Assembly: GCF_041146345.1 (NCBI RefSeq)
Contig: NW_027191413.1
Location: forward strand, 2,790,001-2,854,000
DNA: 64,000 nucleotides
Source of the DNA: Neodothiora populina
Lineage: Eukaryota
Direction: 5' to 3'
In this document: positions 47,678 through 62,137 of the stretch, one piece after another
How the letters are laid out: each line of letters begins with the position of its first letter
Position numbering within the stretch: the first letter of the stretch is position 1
Notes under the pieces: model-generated
What the model was told of the DNA's origin: nothing
The model's input: the letters and a program-made list of their open reading frames with translations, nothing else
Databases searched by the model: none
Program-made: the position numbers and the translations under genes

Positions 47678-49380
47678 TTTAAATAGGAATGAGTGAATAT
47701 GGTCGAAAAAGAAGGGAGAGTTGCCTGGTTTCACAAACACAGGGCAATGGTCTTGAATGAGAATAGCAAAGAAAGAAAAACCCTACACAATGGAACGGAG
47801 AGACTGTTGATTATATATTCATCTTTCTTTTCAAGGTCCTTTCTACTCCTCAATTCATCAGAGGTACTATGTGCCCATTTCAAGCCGCAAGACGGGAGCG
47901 GGCGAACGAAGTGCACGCGAGTGCGGTTCTGAAACTCGAAGCACAGATAGGCAGCCCCCTCTCACAAATCCATGTAAGGCTTTTCTCCTAGCTCAATATA
48001 TTCACAACGCCCACTAATCGAGGCTGGCTTCGGTGGTATAATCGATGGAAAATGTAGACTGAAGTCCGTAGAGACAATAGTCGAGAAAGCTTAACAGTGT
48101 CCTGGCAGTATAACCCCAAGGTAACGTCAATATCAGTTTCCAATAGACGTACTTGTTTGGGAAGGTGAGATGCCTACTGCTACTGCTGCTGCAGCTGTTA
48201 GTGCACGTAAAGCAACAACGTGACCCCTATAGCGTGGACCTTTGCACGTTTCCCATTCGGCGGCTCGCTTAGGCTATGCAGAGTCGAACGTCAAGTGACA
48301 GGTGAAACTTAGGATGTCTCTTATTACTGTAGGTTCAGCAAGACAAGTCTGGCTAGAGTTGAGCCTGTGGAGACAAAAGGGACGGGCCACAATGCACGCT
48401 TTGGGCAGTCATGGGATTCGGCACGATCGGGACAGAGTTGGAAGACTCATAAACGACAATGATCCTCGGATCACGTACGGGGTATCATACCCTGGCGCAA
48501 ACAGGCCGAGCTGATCATACCTGAGAAAAGGGTTTAGGTGTTTCATGTTGATGCTGAGACGGGGAAAATCTGGTGCCGCACGCCGATACCGCGGAACGCG
48601 GAACACAGAACACAGACATGTGTGGTCAAGACGCCATTCATTGATAACCACAACCGGATAAGTCACACAGACATGTACGGGCTGCCATCGACCGAGGATT
48701 CACTTGTCAGATATTGTTCACGAGAACATATGTTATGATGTCTTGAAGGAATAAGTTTGTGTCCCCTTCTTATTCCATTCCTGATGGAGGGTCGGCAGGG
48801 TGCTAGTAGCCACACAGAAGAAGCGCTACAGTAGATACTATACTCGGAGCGAGGACGGACAAAAAGAAATCCCGCATCAGTCTATATACAGTAGCACCAC
48901 ATGGCGCATCCCTTATAGTGTCGAGTCATATAGCCTCGAATGGACAATCTCAGGCAATAGTCGACTAATTGTAACTCAATCTACTCTCCAATGCAGGTTT
49001 GGCAGACGGTATCAATTATAGTAGGCAGCAATACCGCTGTTGCCGCTGCGAGACATGCTCTGCTGATTTACAAGCACGACACGTCCCGGGCCGTCGTGGT
49101 CCAAGGTCTAGAAGGTACCAGAAGTAATAAGGCGAATCCACTAGAATCTAGACGTCCATACGATACTCAATCATGCGAGTACTAGCAACTCAGCTAGCAG
49201 CAATATAGCAACACAGCTGGCAGCAATATGTGGTAGCGTGGTCCCTCTCCTTTTTGAGCGAAGTTGTCACTTCTCTATGCTAACCCTTGCATGGGTACAG
49301 AACGCCCGCTGAAACGCAGCATGATAAAACTATACGAGAAGAAGAGCATAAGCTTTAGATTGCCAACAAGGCCCACACGC

Positions 49381-50396
<1,016 letters not shown>

Positions 50397-51243
50397 GTTT
50401 TCCTTGCGCTCGTGATCCGGCGAGAGTAATGTCGCTCCGGTTGGTCTCCCCAAGTCTCGAGTTCAAGGCTCTGTCGTAACAGTGGTGCGACCAGGCGTGA
50501 TTATGATAGGCAAGGGCGACAGTCCAGTATGCGTTATGCTGGGCTGTATTGGGGATGATTTAAGAATCCAATCTCGTATCAAAGATGCTCGCAGTGTGTT
50601 GCTTATGACATAGGTATACCCTGGCTTGCTGCTGCACCTTCCGCTTGTTGCTGCACCTTCCACTTGAACAAGTCTCGGAGGTGCCAAGAATTGCGGGAGA
50701 GTTGCCGCATGTTGTGAGCTGCTTATCGATATGGGAAGGTGCGTGTTTCGAGTACCTTGGTATTGGTAAACAAACGGTAAGATGAACTTCCAGGGTCCGA
50801 GCAGTGGGCTGCAACCTGCTGCATCCTGACCGCGACCTTGTCCATATGACACTGAAATGTTGCAGATGCTGCCCATCTTGCCTTGGCTTCTTCCTTGTCC
50901 TGTGTCTCATCTTTCTCCCCCTGCGTTTCTTGCTTCTCATGGCATCAGTATCGGAACGTCATCTTTGCGTAGGTATACAAATCGACCGGATAGTGGAGTT
51001 TGCTGGATCGACGCATGATAAGACCATATGAACTAACTCCACTAAATCCTGCCAGCAACTTTTTGTATATTGTCTTACCGTACTTACACCTGCTTCACAT
51101 TGCTCTACTTTCTCCTTGAAAAGTGAGACTTTCTATCCTGCATCCTGAATTATACTCTGTAGGTTGACTCTACTATATCATCGCTGCGATTTTCCCGCGT
51201 CTAGTCTGCGTGCATCTCTACCGCAAAACATCCACCTCAAATC

Positions 51244-52433
51244 ATGTGTCGGTGAGTGGACATGAGACAAACAAGCAATGCATCGCCAACCTCGTAACGC
51301 CTTTTGATCTCAGTTGGTTCGCGTACATATCTCCCACTGAGCCATGTCTACTGTCCGACGTGCTCATCACACCCAAACACGCCCTCACGAACCAGGTTAA
51401 TGATCATTATCTACCCCACCTGATTGCCCATCTCCCGGACCAAACATCTGCCCAGCACGAAGCCAATGCCCGGAATCGTATCCTCAATGCCGACGGCCTA
51501 GGAATAGCATGGTACACTACCTCTTTCTCGGACTTCGAGCGAGGTGCTACAGGCGAGAGTGAAGACGGGAAGCCCCACGGTGGACTACATCCGGCGACAT
51601 ACAAGTCCGTCCAACCACCCCGTAACGACGCAAACTTTCACTCCATATGTTCAAACACTGAGACTCGGTGCTTGTTCGCCCACATACGTGCCACCTCGGC
51701 TGCAGCAGTCGCGCAGGTCAACAATCACCCGTTCGTCTTCGGCAGGACCAGCTTCATGCACAATGGTTCCGTCTCCGACTTTACCACTATCCGACGCGCC
51801 CTGTGCGATCTGCTCGACCGCGACACGTATGCCAATATACAGGGAGGCACAGACAGCGAACACATGGCCGCACTGTACATGCATTTCCTAACCACAACCA
51901 ATCCTCCCAGAGACGACGACGACAGTGAAAATACCAAAGCGCTCTGGGACCGCGAAGACTACTCTCTTTCTCAGATGACAGCAGCGATGCACAAGACCGT
52001 GACAACGATTATCTTCCTCCAAGCTCAAGTCCTCGGTGCTGCCGCGAAGCCGAACAGTCTCAACCTCGCAGTCACCGACGGCAAGAAACTCGTGGCGTAT
52101 CGTTTCCGTAATCATGCAAAGGAACAACCGCCAAGTCTTTACTATTCGACCAAGGCCGGCGTCACGCTGAACAGGAAATACCCCGACAACGCCGACGGAA
52201 ACGCCGAAGACAACGACGGCGAAGTCGATGCGCAGAACAAGCGAAGTCTCTTCGCAGAGGAGGAGCATGGTCGTCATGTCATCGTCGCTAGTGAGCCTAG
52301 CACTTACAAGGAACACGATTGGATCCTGGTTGGTAAGAATCAGTGCTTGATGGTTGACGTGGATGGTGCCCCGGTGGTTGAAGATATCCCTTATGACGAA
52401 ACGTGGAACGTCGATGATGAGGAAGAGGCTTGA
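51244..52433 (+). CDS. Class II glutamine amidotransferase / Ntn hydrolase, Dug3/EgtC-like
   Basis: Exons 51244-51251 and 51314-52433 give MCRWFAY. NADGLGIAWY, FAHIRA, NNHPF, FMHNG, GGTDSE and VASEP are present. Confidence 0.9.
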
Positions 52434-52805
52434 ATGGGAGTAGAAGCTCGAAGCAGCAAAACACAGGGAAGGAGATAGAGAGAGCTCGGTGACGGAGCAT
52501 TAGACCTTTATGATCAGTCCGTGTTCCATCACACAAGAAATGCATAGAAGATGTAGCATGAGCTCCTCGCCCCGAGAACCCTCTGTTAAAAAGAAACACT
52601 AGACCGACCCATAAATTAAACATTGCCAACTTGCCCATCATGTCACATAAGAATAGTCCATGAATCAATGAACAGTCCCCGGATATCCCAACCATGAAAA
52701 GAGAACCCGCTTCATTCCATTCCTACTAATTCATCCACGCCAAGCCCTTCCAATACAACCCATTCCGGTTCACCACAATCCTTAAGCAGAGAAAAAGAAG
52801 AAGCT

Positions 52806-53482
52806 CTAATAAGCAGGTGGCGCTCCCTTGACATCAGTCTTACCATAAGTAGGCTGCTGATGACCAGCATACCCATCACCATAACCAGCAGGAGCAGCAG
52901 GAGCATTCATAGTCCCATACTCCGTCCTCCCAGCAGCAGTAGCGCCGCCGGTTCGGACATTATCAGAGTAAACCCCGGGAGCAGGAGGCGCACCAGAAGG
53001 AGGAGGAGGATAAGCAGCAGTAGCAGAAGCGGCTTCGGCTTGTTCTTTTCTGTGGTAGTACACGTATTCTAGGTAGAAGGCGTGGATGTGGCCTGGGAAA
53101 TACCTTATTTCCGTCCACCATTAGCTGAGTACAACATGGTTTGTTCCATGGTAGAGAAACAATGGGGTGCTTGAGTGAGGGGGACAAAAAGATAAGGAGA
53201 GATGCAATGGAAGTGAAAGAGTAGACAGGCAAAACATACCCGAGAATCGTCAGACAGATATTGATCAAAAGATCCGCACCGCAACCTGAGATTAGGAAGA
53301 CGCCTACTGGTGGGACTGTTTTCTCGTCAGTTCTCTACTTTTCACACTTCCCGCTATTTCCTTATTAAGATACTTGTTTCTCTTAGAGGAGGCAACAAGG
53401 CTATGCAGGAATGGATAAAGGAAGCCTTGGGGTCTCACTCACGGAAGATGGTGATGATGATGAGCAGGAGTGCGGAAATCAT
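52806..53482 (-). CDS. PMP3/UPF0057 (RCI2-like) proteolipid with Pro/Gly/Tyr-rich tail
   Basis: Exons 53482-53443, 53315-53240, 53103-52806 give MISALLLIIITIFLPPVGVFLISGCGADLLINICLTILGYFPGHIHAFYLEY... Confidence 0.9.
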
Positions 53483-54110
53483 TGCTCTGTTCCCTTTGCT
53501 GCTTATGTTTCTCTGGCTTCTGATTGTGGCGATTTTGAAAGACTTATATGTCTCTGATAGGATAGCTCGAGAATTAATCGACAGTAGTCGATTGTTGAAG
53601 GGGGTCACGAACTTGATATATATCTGGGATGTTTGTGTACGAGAGGAAGATGAGTTTGATGCACAATGGTCAAATTTGTGTATTTGTCCGTCTGAAGACT
53701 GAGTAACGGAATTGCGTCGCGTCGCACGAAGAAGCAACCGCGATATATATACACCTTACCTACCTCAACCTCCACAGTAACACAATGTGGCGCTTGCTAT
53801 TCGATAGCGGTTACTTGACGCAGGCGAAACAGGTACCCAGCAAGAAAGCATGGCAACTAGCGCCATCTCTTTCCCCACACAGCCACACATCTGCGCCACA
53901 AAAACAGTCGTATGTCTCGCTGACTGCTTGATGACGTCTAGATATCTCACTTGCATCCCCAATGCAGCCAGTCATGTCCAAAAGTCAGTGTAAAGTAAAA
54001 TCGATCTGGTGTACTTTGTCTTGCCTATACCAGGTTCGATTCAGTGCAACAGACTAGAAGTTGCGAATACATCAAAACGAAACTGCAAGACAAATACAAA
54101 AGAAAGCAAA

Positions 54111-54833
54111 ATGCCTGACCCAGAAGTTCCCCAGTCCTATGAAATCAGACCTGATCCCCAGGCATTAACCCAGAATGCCGATCTTAGCAAAAACTCCTCG
54201 ACCGGGGTAGACTACGAGCCCCATCCAGAGAAAAGCATCAAGCTTGAACCCCAGAGCGAGAAAATCGTAAAGGCGATATGCAACCTCTACAGTGGCAGTG
54301 CAAGCGAGCAAGACATGCAAGTCTACGCAGAAAAGTCCATTTATGATGACCCGTGGAGTTATTGCGACACGCGGTACAAAATCGCTGGGCAGTGGTATGG
54401 TACGTATTTATCTCCAAGTAGTTCGCACAGATGCATGATCGTCTGACTCAGCCTGCGATAGGCATCGCTCAAGTCTTTGCCAAGTCAGAGACGCGCAAGA
54501 CAGAAGTTGTCGAATCGAAACCCGACCGCATCATCTTCAAGTTGCAGCAGGCTTACACGCCTAAGCTTGTCCATTTCACAAAGGAGGTCAACTCGCTTGT
54601 GACGTTAACACTCGACGACCAAGGTCTTGTCAAATACCACAAGGACATGTGGAATGAAAAGGACTATTCCCATGATGGTCTGGGCAAAATCATGAAGACG
54701 CTCAATGGTGATCATTTGACCAAGGTATGTATCAGGTCGGGCGTTTTGCAGGACGCAGTGATATGTATGAGTACTGATCATATGCCAGATCACCCAGCCA
54801 CCCAAGAGCTTATCCGCAGATGCTAGAGAGTGA
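54111..54833 (+). CDS. Conserved fungal hypothetical protein, possibly SnoaL/NTF2-like
   Basis: Exons 54111-54399, 54462-54724, 54789-54833 join in frame. YAEKSIYDDP and LTLDDQGLVKYHKDMWN resemble NTF2/SnoaL fold elements. Confidence 0.75.
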
Positions 54834-55080
54834 TAGTCTAACTCTAGGAGAGGCCAATAGAAAGGCTATGGAGGAAGCAACAGACTATATAGGACTTCAT
54901 CCATAGCCATTTCGTGGTCTTTCTTGTATTGTGGTACATCCTTTACATGCCACTGCTGAAGAATAACGCAAACAGTCAGACGACATCATGTGCTCAGGTG
55001 CGAGGCGAGCTGCAGCTTCCCAATGGGCTATGCTCCTTAGATAAGGCGATGTTATGCTGTATTCATTTGCGCGTGCGTGC

Positions 55081-57755
55081 TCAGCCCTTGTTCATGTATT
55101 CGGCGCCAAGGTTAAGTTTTTCAGCCAATGAGATCCAGGATGACTCGCCTCCAGCACGACTGACACCTCGAAGACCGGCAATGGCGAAGTGGAGTTGACG
55201 GTTGTACTCTCTCGTAAGAGTAGACAAATCGCGGATATGCCCGAAATTGACTTGCAAGTCTTCTTCCATTTCTTCTGCAGAGTCATCAGAATGTTCAGGC
55301 TCCGGAGCGACGCTTGTGCGCTGCGTCCTGGCGCCATCGAATATGTTGTGATTGGCCTCTTCTACCAGATGAGACCAGATGACCGCGAAATCCTCGCAGA
55401 TCTCCAAGATATCGACGAGTGCACGATATATCGGCTTCATGTTCGCGCGCAACAGCAGCCTCGCCTCAACACGATCCTGGAAACCATCGTATGCCAAAAC
55501 CATGCCGTCAAGGTCGACAGCCTTTTCCATGTCTACTCGTAACTCATGGGCCGCAGCAGCAGCAATATCAGCCATATGACTACGAACCGTGTAGGTGAAC
55601 CAGATCAGCCTTTGGCGTAACACAAGAGCTTCTTGGAGTCGCCTGTTGCGATGGTCTTTGATCGTAAGCATCGTCCACTGTTGCTTCTGCAGAAGGTATT
55701 CGGAGCGGTAGACACGGATAGACGTAAGCAGAGCACGTTGACACACGGTCATATCGCGAATAATGTTTTTCAATGGCCATGGAACCACATAATCGACCAA
55801 GAGGCAATCCAAGTCTGCAGCAATCGCAGCGACTGCAGCATGGGGTCTTGTAGGCGAACCTCTTGATATCATCTTGACTGACAGTCTCTGTGGATCGAGA
55901 TGATTCGCTGTACCAAGCGTGTTGCGTGCCAGATCAGTAAGTATATAACGGTCAGCCCATGGTCTCTTGCGGTCGATGCGTGAGAAGAGTCGATCGGCGA
56001 AATGCTGGACTCGAGCACCGTCCAGAGCCAGATATGCGTTGCCGATGACAGCAATGGTGCCGCTTAGACCACATCGTGTAAACATGAGCTCGCGTAAATT
56101 GTCCATGCTGTGGCTCTGTAAATCGCCGATCCAAGCTTGAAGTGCTTCCGCAAACACACATGTAAAGGGAAGTAAGCCTTCCTCAAGTGATGAAATGATG
56201 CGCTGTGAATCAAGCCCCCTCATTTGTATGTGATCGAACGAATTGTTTTGTTTCCCATAGCGAATTGCATCGAGGAACATGGTACTTTTGCCAGAGATGA
56301 AGATTTGTCTCGCTGCATCATGCATGACAGTAGGCGCCTTTGCATTCCCGTCTGTATCAGTCAATATTTCAAAGTGAGAATGCCACAGAGACCCAGGATC
56401 AACGACTTCATGGCAAGCGCGGACAAAAAAACCCTTGTTTTGAGGGTGTAGTTTTCCTTGCGTCATCCACAGATAGACCGGTCTGAGATAAATGTCCAGA
56501 CAATCGAAGAAGACACTGGCAACATAATAGAAAACACTGCTGTCCTCGCCAAACTGCAATTCGCAGGTCATGTCGTAGAGGGTGTCAAGAACAGACCACA
56601 CTTCAACACAGGACTCTGCTGTTTCTACTGTAGTTGCGAGATATTGTATAGACTTCGTGCGATCCTGGACTTGGAGAAGCACCTCTTGCAAACTTACTGT
56701 CACATCTGTCTGAGATGACAAAAAGCGATGCTCAAGCTGTGCTAGATCTTTGTCGAACTCTTCCAGCTTTAAAACAATGGTGGCATTTAGTCGTTGTAGG
56801 AGATCCCCCTTGGGTACTTCTTTCGACCAGCGACGAAGATACAAGACTTGACTCCCATGATCTGCGAAAGATTGCATCACAGTTCGAAAAGTCGAAGTGT
56901 TACACGTCGCGCCATGGAAGTCTGACCGAAGGCGGTACTTGTGTACAGAGTCGATCGTGAATAATGTCGTTGGTAGACCTCGAAGCATGAGTAGCGCTTC
57001 TCTTGTAGCTTGTAGATCTGAGATCTTGCGTGGCCTTGATTCAAGGTCTGCGCTGGATATTGGAAATCCTGGATTAGGTGTTGCAGACTCGAATGCTTCG
57101 AGTTCAGACGAGTCCTTGACGACGATGAATGACCTGGCGAAAGCTGCAACATCTTCCTCTGCCAAGGAGGACGCTTCTGTTGACACAGTACGGTCGTCAA
57201 TTGTATCATCGCGGAGAGCTTGGAATTCATCGTCGGAGTTGTCTGAGTCAATCACAACATCGTCCCAAATACCTTCTTCGTTCAACGGGTCTTCGGCGAG
57301 GATATCTGCCCACGTCAGTTGGGGTGATTCTTCATCATCTACATCCTGCTCGTCGAGGATGGACAGATTCGTCTTCTCCACGGGACGGTCAGAGAGACTC
57401 AAAAGCAAGGATAGAATCTCGGGAGTCCATCGGGTAGACTGCTTGGTCAGCTCCTCACGACGATTATGAAGGGCATCGGCAACAGATTCTCTGTTCAAAA
57501 CGGCGAATTTCTCTTCCAAACCATCTAAACGTGCCTGGACGTCGAATTGGTTCACACGAGCGTACTGCTGGGATCGGAACGCCCTTGTTGCAGCATCTTT
57601 GCACAACTTGAAGCGTCGAGCGTCTTTCTTGAGAACAGTCAGAATAATTGGAGAAGATACCACGGCATATGCTGAAAACTGACCTCAGGATTCAGTCCGG
57701 AAATAGCATTGATCAGCCCATTGGTGAGAGAGCTTATGGTTGCAGCATGAGACAT
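55081..57755 (-). CDS. GCP5: Gamma-tubulin complex component, Spc97/Spc98 family, GCP5-like
   Basis: Exons 57755-57684 and 57627-55081. N-terminal RVNQFDV..RLDGLEEKF...WTPEILSLLLSLSDRP; REALLMLRG, YLRPVYLWMTQG, IFISGKS and YVVPWPL. Confidence 0.85.
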
Positions 57756-57884
57756 GCTAACAATGACAGATCATGATATATCAGATGTAAAAGACCAGGT
57801 AGTCGTCTTGTGCACGCCTCTATACCTATGTACCATCAAGCTCAGGCAACACAATATTGTTTTCTGATATAACACAGACGACGC

Positions 57885-57897
57885 TGTAACAACGCGT
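57885..57897. promoter_or_regulatory. MCB-like ACGCGT with adjacent GTAACAA in the GCP5/GT15 divergent promoter
   Basis: tgtaacaacgcgt; consensus match only. Confidence 0.3.
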
Positions 57898-58180
57898 TGG
57901 TCAGGGTCCTAGTCACCACCACGCGCTGTGTTTGCCAGATGCAAGCGGAAGTGCTTCCCCGTTTCCACTCCGCAACGCCAAGACGGGCAATCAGCGTCGT
58001 CATCGGCAGCTGCAGCCGCGTTTCAATATGTTGCCGGAGGTCTTGTACACCTCAAGATTCTACAAACAGAAGGAGCGTCTTGAGGCGAGATGTCTGGAAT
58101 GGCAACTACACATTAATCAAGTACACAACTCATGATTGTAAGATAGAGCATAAGAGACAAAAGGTAGACACACTGTCACT

Positions 58181-59592
58181 ATGGCGCTACCACCAGCAAT
58201 CCGCGTACTGGCTGTGGCCACGATATGCGTCTTCGCTTTCTTGATTGTGCAGATATTCAGAGCTCCGGCAAATCTTAGACTACCGGGCGATGAAATGGGT
58301 AGATTCGATGACATGGTACGGGATCCGCAATTGGATGGTAAGCTGAGCTCTTTCCTTCGATCCTCTTGCGATAGAGATGTGACAAGAAAAAGAACCCTCC
58401 GGAGGAGCGTTTGGCTAAATCATAGGGCGGCTTGTAGAAACCGGAGAGCCTCCTGAACCGCTATGGAGGATAAAGGGCGCCAACTACGCGCCTGATAACC
58501 CAAACTCGGATCGCATCAATGCGACCATCATCTCGCTCGTGCGAAATGAGGAGCTCACGCAGCTGCTGCAATCAATGCACGATCTGGAAAAGACGTTCAA
58601 CCACAAGTTCAACTATCCCTGGACTTTCTTCAACGACGTTCCGTTCACGGATGAGTTCAAGCGAAAGACTCGAACAATGACCAAAGCCGAGATTCGATAT
58701 GAACTGGTGCCAAAGGAGCACTGGGAGGTACCAAGCTGGATCAATCGCGATCTCTTCGTCGAGAGCGCCAACATCCTGCAAGAGCAAGAAGTGCAATATG
58801 CCCACATGCTTTCATACCATCAAATGTGTCGGTGGAACAGTGGTTTATTCTATAAGCATCCTGCTCTTGCAGATATGCAGTATTACTGGCGTGTCGAACC
58901 TAACGTTCACTTCTTCTGCGATGTCGACTACGACGTTTTCCGATTCATGCAAGACCACAACAAGACATATGGCTTCACGATCAATCTCTACGACTCTCCA
59001 CAGTCCATCTCGAGTCTATGGCCCGAGACCATCAAGTTCCTTGCGTCCCACAATCACCACTTGAACCACAACAACGCCATGGATTGGCTCACAGACTCCA
59101 AGAGGCGACCCGACCACAACCTCAAGGCCAATGGGTACAGCACCTGTCATTTCTGGTCCAACTTTGAAATCGGCGACCTGAACTTCTGGCGAGGCCAGGC
59201 TTACGAGGAATACTTCGACCACTTGGACAGAGCAGGTGGTTTCTTCTACGAGAGGTGGGGCGATGCGCCCGTGCACAGCATCGCTCTTGGCTTATTTGAA
59301 GATAAGAGACGACTGCACTGGTAAGCTATCATTCGCCCTTTGCGATTATTATCTATGTGGTCGCGCATGATTGACTAATCTCCCTGCTGCAAACAGGTTC
59401 AAGGACATCGGATACCAACACATCCCCTTCTTCAACTGTCCCAACTCCGCAAAATGCAAGGGCTGCGTCACAGGCCGGTTCACAGACGGCGAGAAGTGGC
59501 TACATCGAGAAGATTGCAGGCCGAACTGGTTCAAGTATGTCGGCATGGGGCCAGAATGGACGCAACCGTCCTCGGCAACCAAGGACGAGTGA
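58181..59592 (+). CDS. Alpha-1,2-mannosyltransferase, GT15 (KRE2/KTR family), type II membrane protein
   Basis: Exons 58181-58337, 58438-59320, 59397-59592. NATIISLVRNEEL, FNHKFNYPWTFFND, SYHQMCRWNSG, YYWRVEP, CHFWSNFEI and GGFFYERWGDAPVHSIA. Confidence 0.95.
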
Positions 59593-60953
59593 CGTGAAAA
59601 AATGCAATTTTCTTGAGTGTTCTTAGGACGACATACAAATAATAAAGGAGAAAGAGATAGGGAGGGATGTGTGGTCAGCAAAAAAGAAACAAAAATTAAA
59701 CATATTTGAGCATCTGATACTAGACTCGCATCCCTGCCAAGTCCTTCTCATGCAAACATTTCATTTTCTTTCGAGCATCCAGCAATACCCTTCGAGAGCC
59801 AGCGTTGAGAAAACATAGACGCCGGTCACAAGTCATGTCCCTTACATCCATGTTTCATGTTTCACATGACGAATACCCTTCCAACCTTACCTTACCTACT
59901 TTACAAATCGTTCGACCCCAACACAACCCGTGTGCCACGCGATCGCCACCCCAAAATAAAACCTTACAGTTTCGCGTCCTTGTCTCTCCCTCTCCCTTTC
60001 CCGCTTGTTCGTCTAATAACTACACACGCAAAGGAAATTTTTCGGCCCCTGAAATGAGGGGCGGGAAAGTGAGAGAAGACTCGCTCGTCGTGGCTTTTTG
60101 CTGTACGTAAGGTGTTGCCTCTCTCCTGGGGATGAGACGCAATTACGTGATTGGGGTGCTCTAGCTCGTTTTGTAAGTCACGACTCGAGATCTTTCGCCA
60201 TGCGCGTTGTATGCGTGCAGCTGTGTTGGGCTTTCGCTATGTGTTTTCTATGCAGCTTGATTTGATTTAGTAGAACCATGGTTGAGTCACATCATAGCTT
60301 TGTATTCACAAATGACAAATAGGCAGGTTAGAGAGGGACTTGGGAGGACGTGAACATGTTGCCTGTGTTATTATTGGCGACTGTATATCTGCGTCGAGAT
60401 TAAAGATATATGTATTCGTTAGATTTCTCTCGTCCCGCCCTCCGACATGAACGTTGTTTTCCGATTTTACTATGTTCCTTGTCGAGCGTAGCTCTCGTAC
60501 TGAGAGAAAGAAGTGATAGAATGATAAATGCAAATCGCATGTTGACAAGAGCAAGAGAAGACGATTTCGCCATGTTGGTTCTCGTAGTCGTTGAGATGAG
60601 GTGACCGCTGTGCCGCGACATGATGGTCTGCAAGAACAAGCAAGCAACTCCACAGCCCATAGCTGTATGATGTCCGGGTAGTAGATGATTCGGCGCTGAC
60701 CTTGATGCTCATTATCTGCTTCTGATGATGTTTATTGTATTCATGATATTGTTGAGATGAAATGCCCGAATGATGCCGTATTCTCTGGAATGTGGTTTTT
60801 CCCCTTTTCCCTAGATCCTTGCTCACTGGTACCTTCTACTTTTGTCCACCGGGACTCCTTGGAAAATGCAAATACCCTGCACCCAATGCCTCTCGCTAAA
60901 CGCATAAAGAGGTGGAAATAAATATTGTAGGAAAATTTATTCGTCGAGAGTGA

Positions 60954-62137
60954 TCAACAGCTCCCAACGAAAAAGTCATGGGCGTCGCCTTCCGGATGAT
61001 TATACGGCGTCCGGACAGTCGGTGCCCACGCTGGAGTTTGAGGTCTTGTGCTCCCAGAATTACTCTCTGTGTCCTCGGTATCATCGTCGCCGTCGTTCGT
61101 AAACTCAGGGCCAGGCTCATCCATCCACGTTAAGCCATTGGCGGCTTCCTCGTCCTCAAATACTTCGCGGGCGTATTCTTCAAGACCGCGCCAGCCTTCC
61201 CACAAGCTTCTTGCTTCTTTGGGGTACTCCAAGCCTGGTCCGAAGTAAGGTGCTCGCTTCTCCCCTAACGTTTCTTGGAGGATCTCAAGGTGTTCTCGGT
61301 AGCCACTTGGGATCGATACTGAGATGTCTATCGGGCCATGCTCGTACCTCACAGGCCTACCAATGCCGTCCGAGAACCGCTTCACCGCTTGACGGGGCGA
61401 TAATCGCTCGAATGCCAATGTGACTCTGACTCAGTTTTAGCATATATTACTATGAATCACATAGATCAAATCACTCACATCTGTCCCTTCCAAGCGTTAG
61501 GACCCATCTTGAATATCTGTAGCAAAGCAGGACCGACGTCATGCTCGGCATCGACCCATGGCAGGGGGTCGTCTGGGTGGAACGGCGCCTTCCACACGAA
61601 ACTTCCGTCTGTCTGTAATTCCATTCGGAAAAGAGGGTAAGGTAGAGATGTGAAATTGTTGTTGTAGATTCCGGTGTACACGAACGTGGCCGGAATGCCG
61701 ATCTGCCGCACGTAATTTTCCACGGTGAATTTCTGGGTCCATAGTGGCAATGCTCTCAAGTCGGGGTCAAAGATGGAATGATCCGGCATAGACGAGTAGA
61801 TATAATGAACAACACCAGCCTTCTTCGCAGCATCCGCACAAGCACGGCCAATTGCTACCTCATCACCCCAGTGAGTTGTGTTAATGAATGCAAGCTTTGC
61901 ACCTTGAAAGAGATGATTTAAGAACGGGACCAAATCGGCTTTGGGCTGGCAAAGGTCGCCTTCCACGATTTCGACATTAGGAAGAGCGGCTAGCTCCTCA
62001 GCAACCAATCCTTCACAAGTCCGTACTTGGGCTTTGACATGCCAGCCTACTGCAGATGCCACCCGGACAAATGAGGCGGTCTGACGACCGGTGGAATTGA
62101 TTGTTACAACAGTCTTAGTCGGCATTAGAAATGGCAT
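60954..62137 (-). CDS. nmrA: Nitrogen metabolite repression regulator NmrA/NMR-1
   Basis: Exons 62137(or 62125)-61479 and 61425-60954. KTVVTINSTGRQTASFVRVASAVG, AFINTT, HYIYSSMPDH, GIYNNNFTSLPYPLF, LPWVDAEHDVGPA and LWEGWRGLEEYARE match the true NmrA clade. Confidence 0.92.

Noticed and set aside
50560..50940. Basic 126-aa ORF (MRSKKRRGRK...) upstream of CFIm25
   Set aside because: It derives from a purine-rich tract in a promoter gap and has no recognisable domain or codon bias.
59885..60062. CTTACCT ... AATTTTT plus hairpin as U1 or another Sm snRNA
   Set aside because: It lacks the ACTTACCTG 5' end, the U1-70K and U1A loops, and the Sm-site terminal G.
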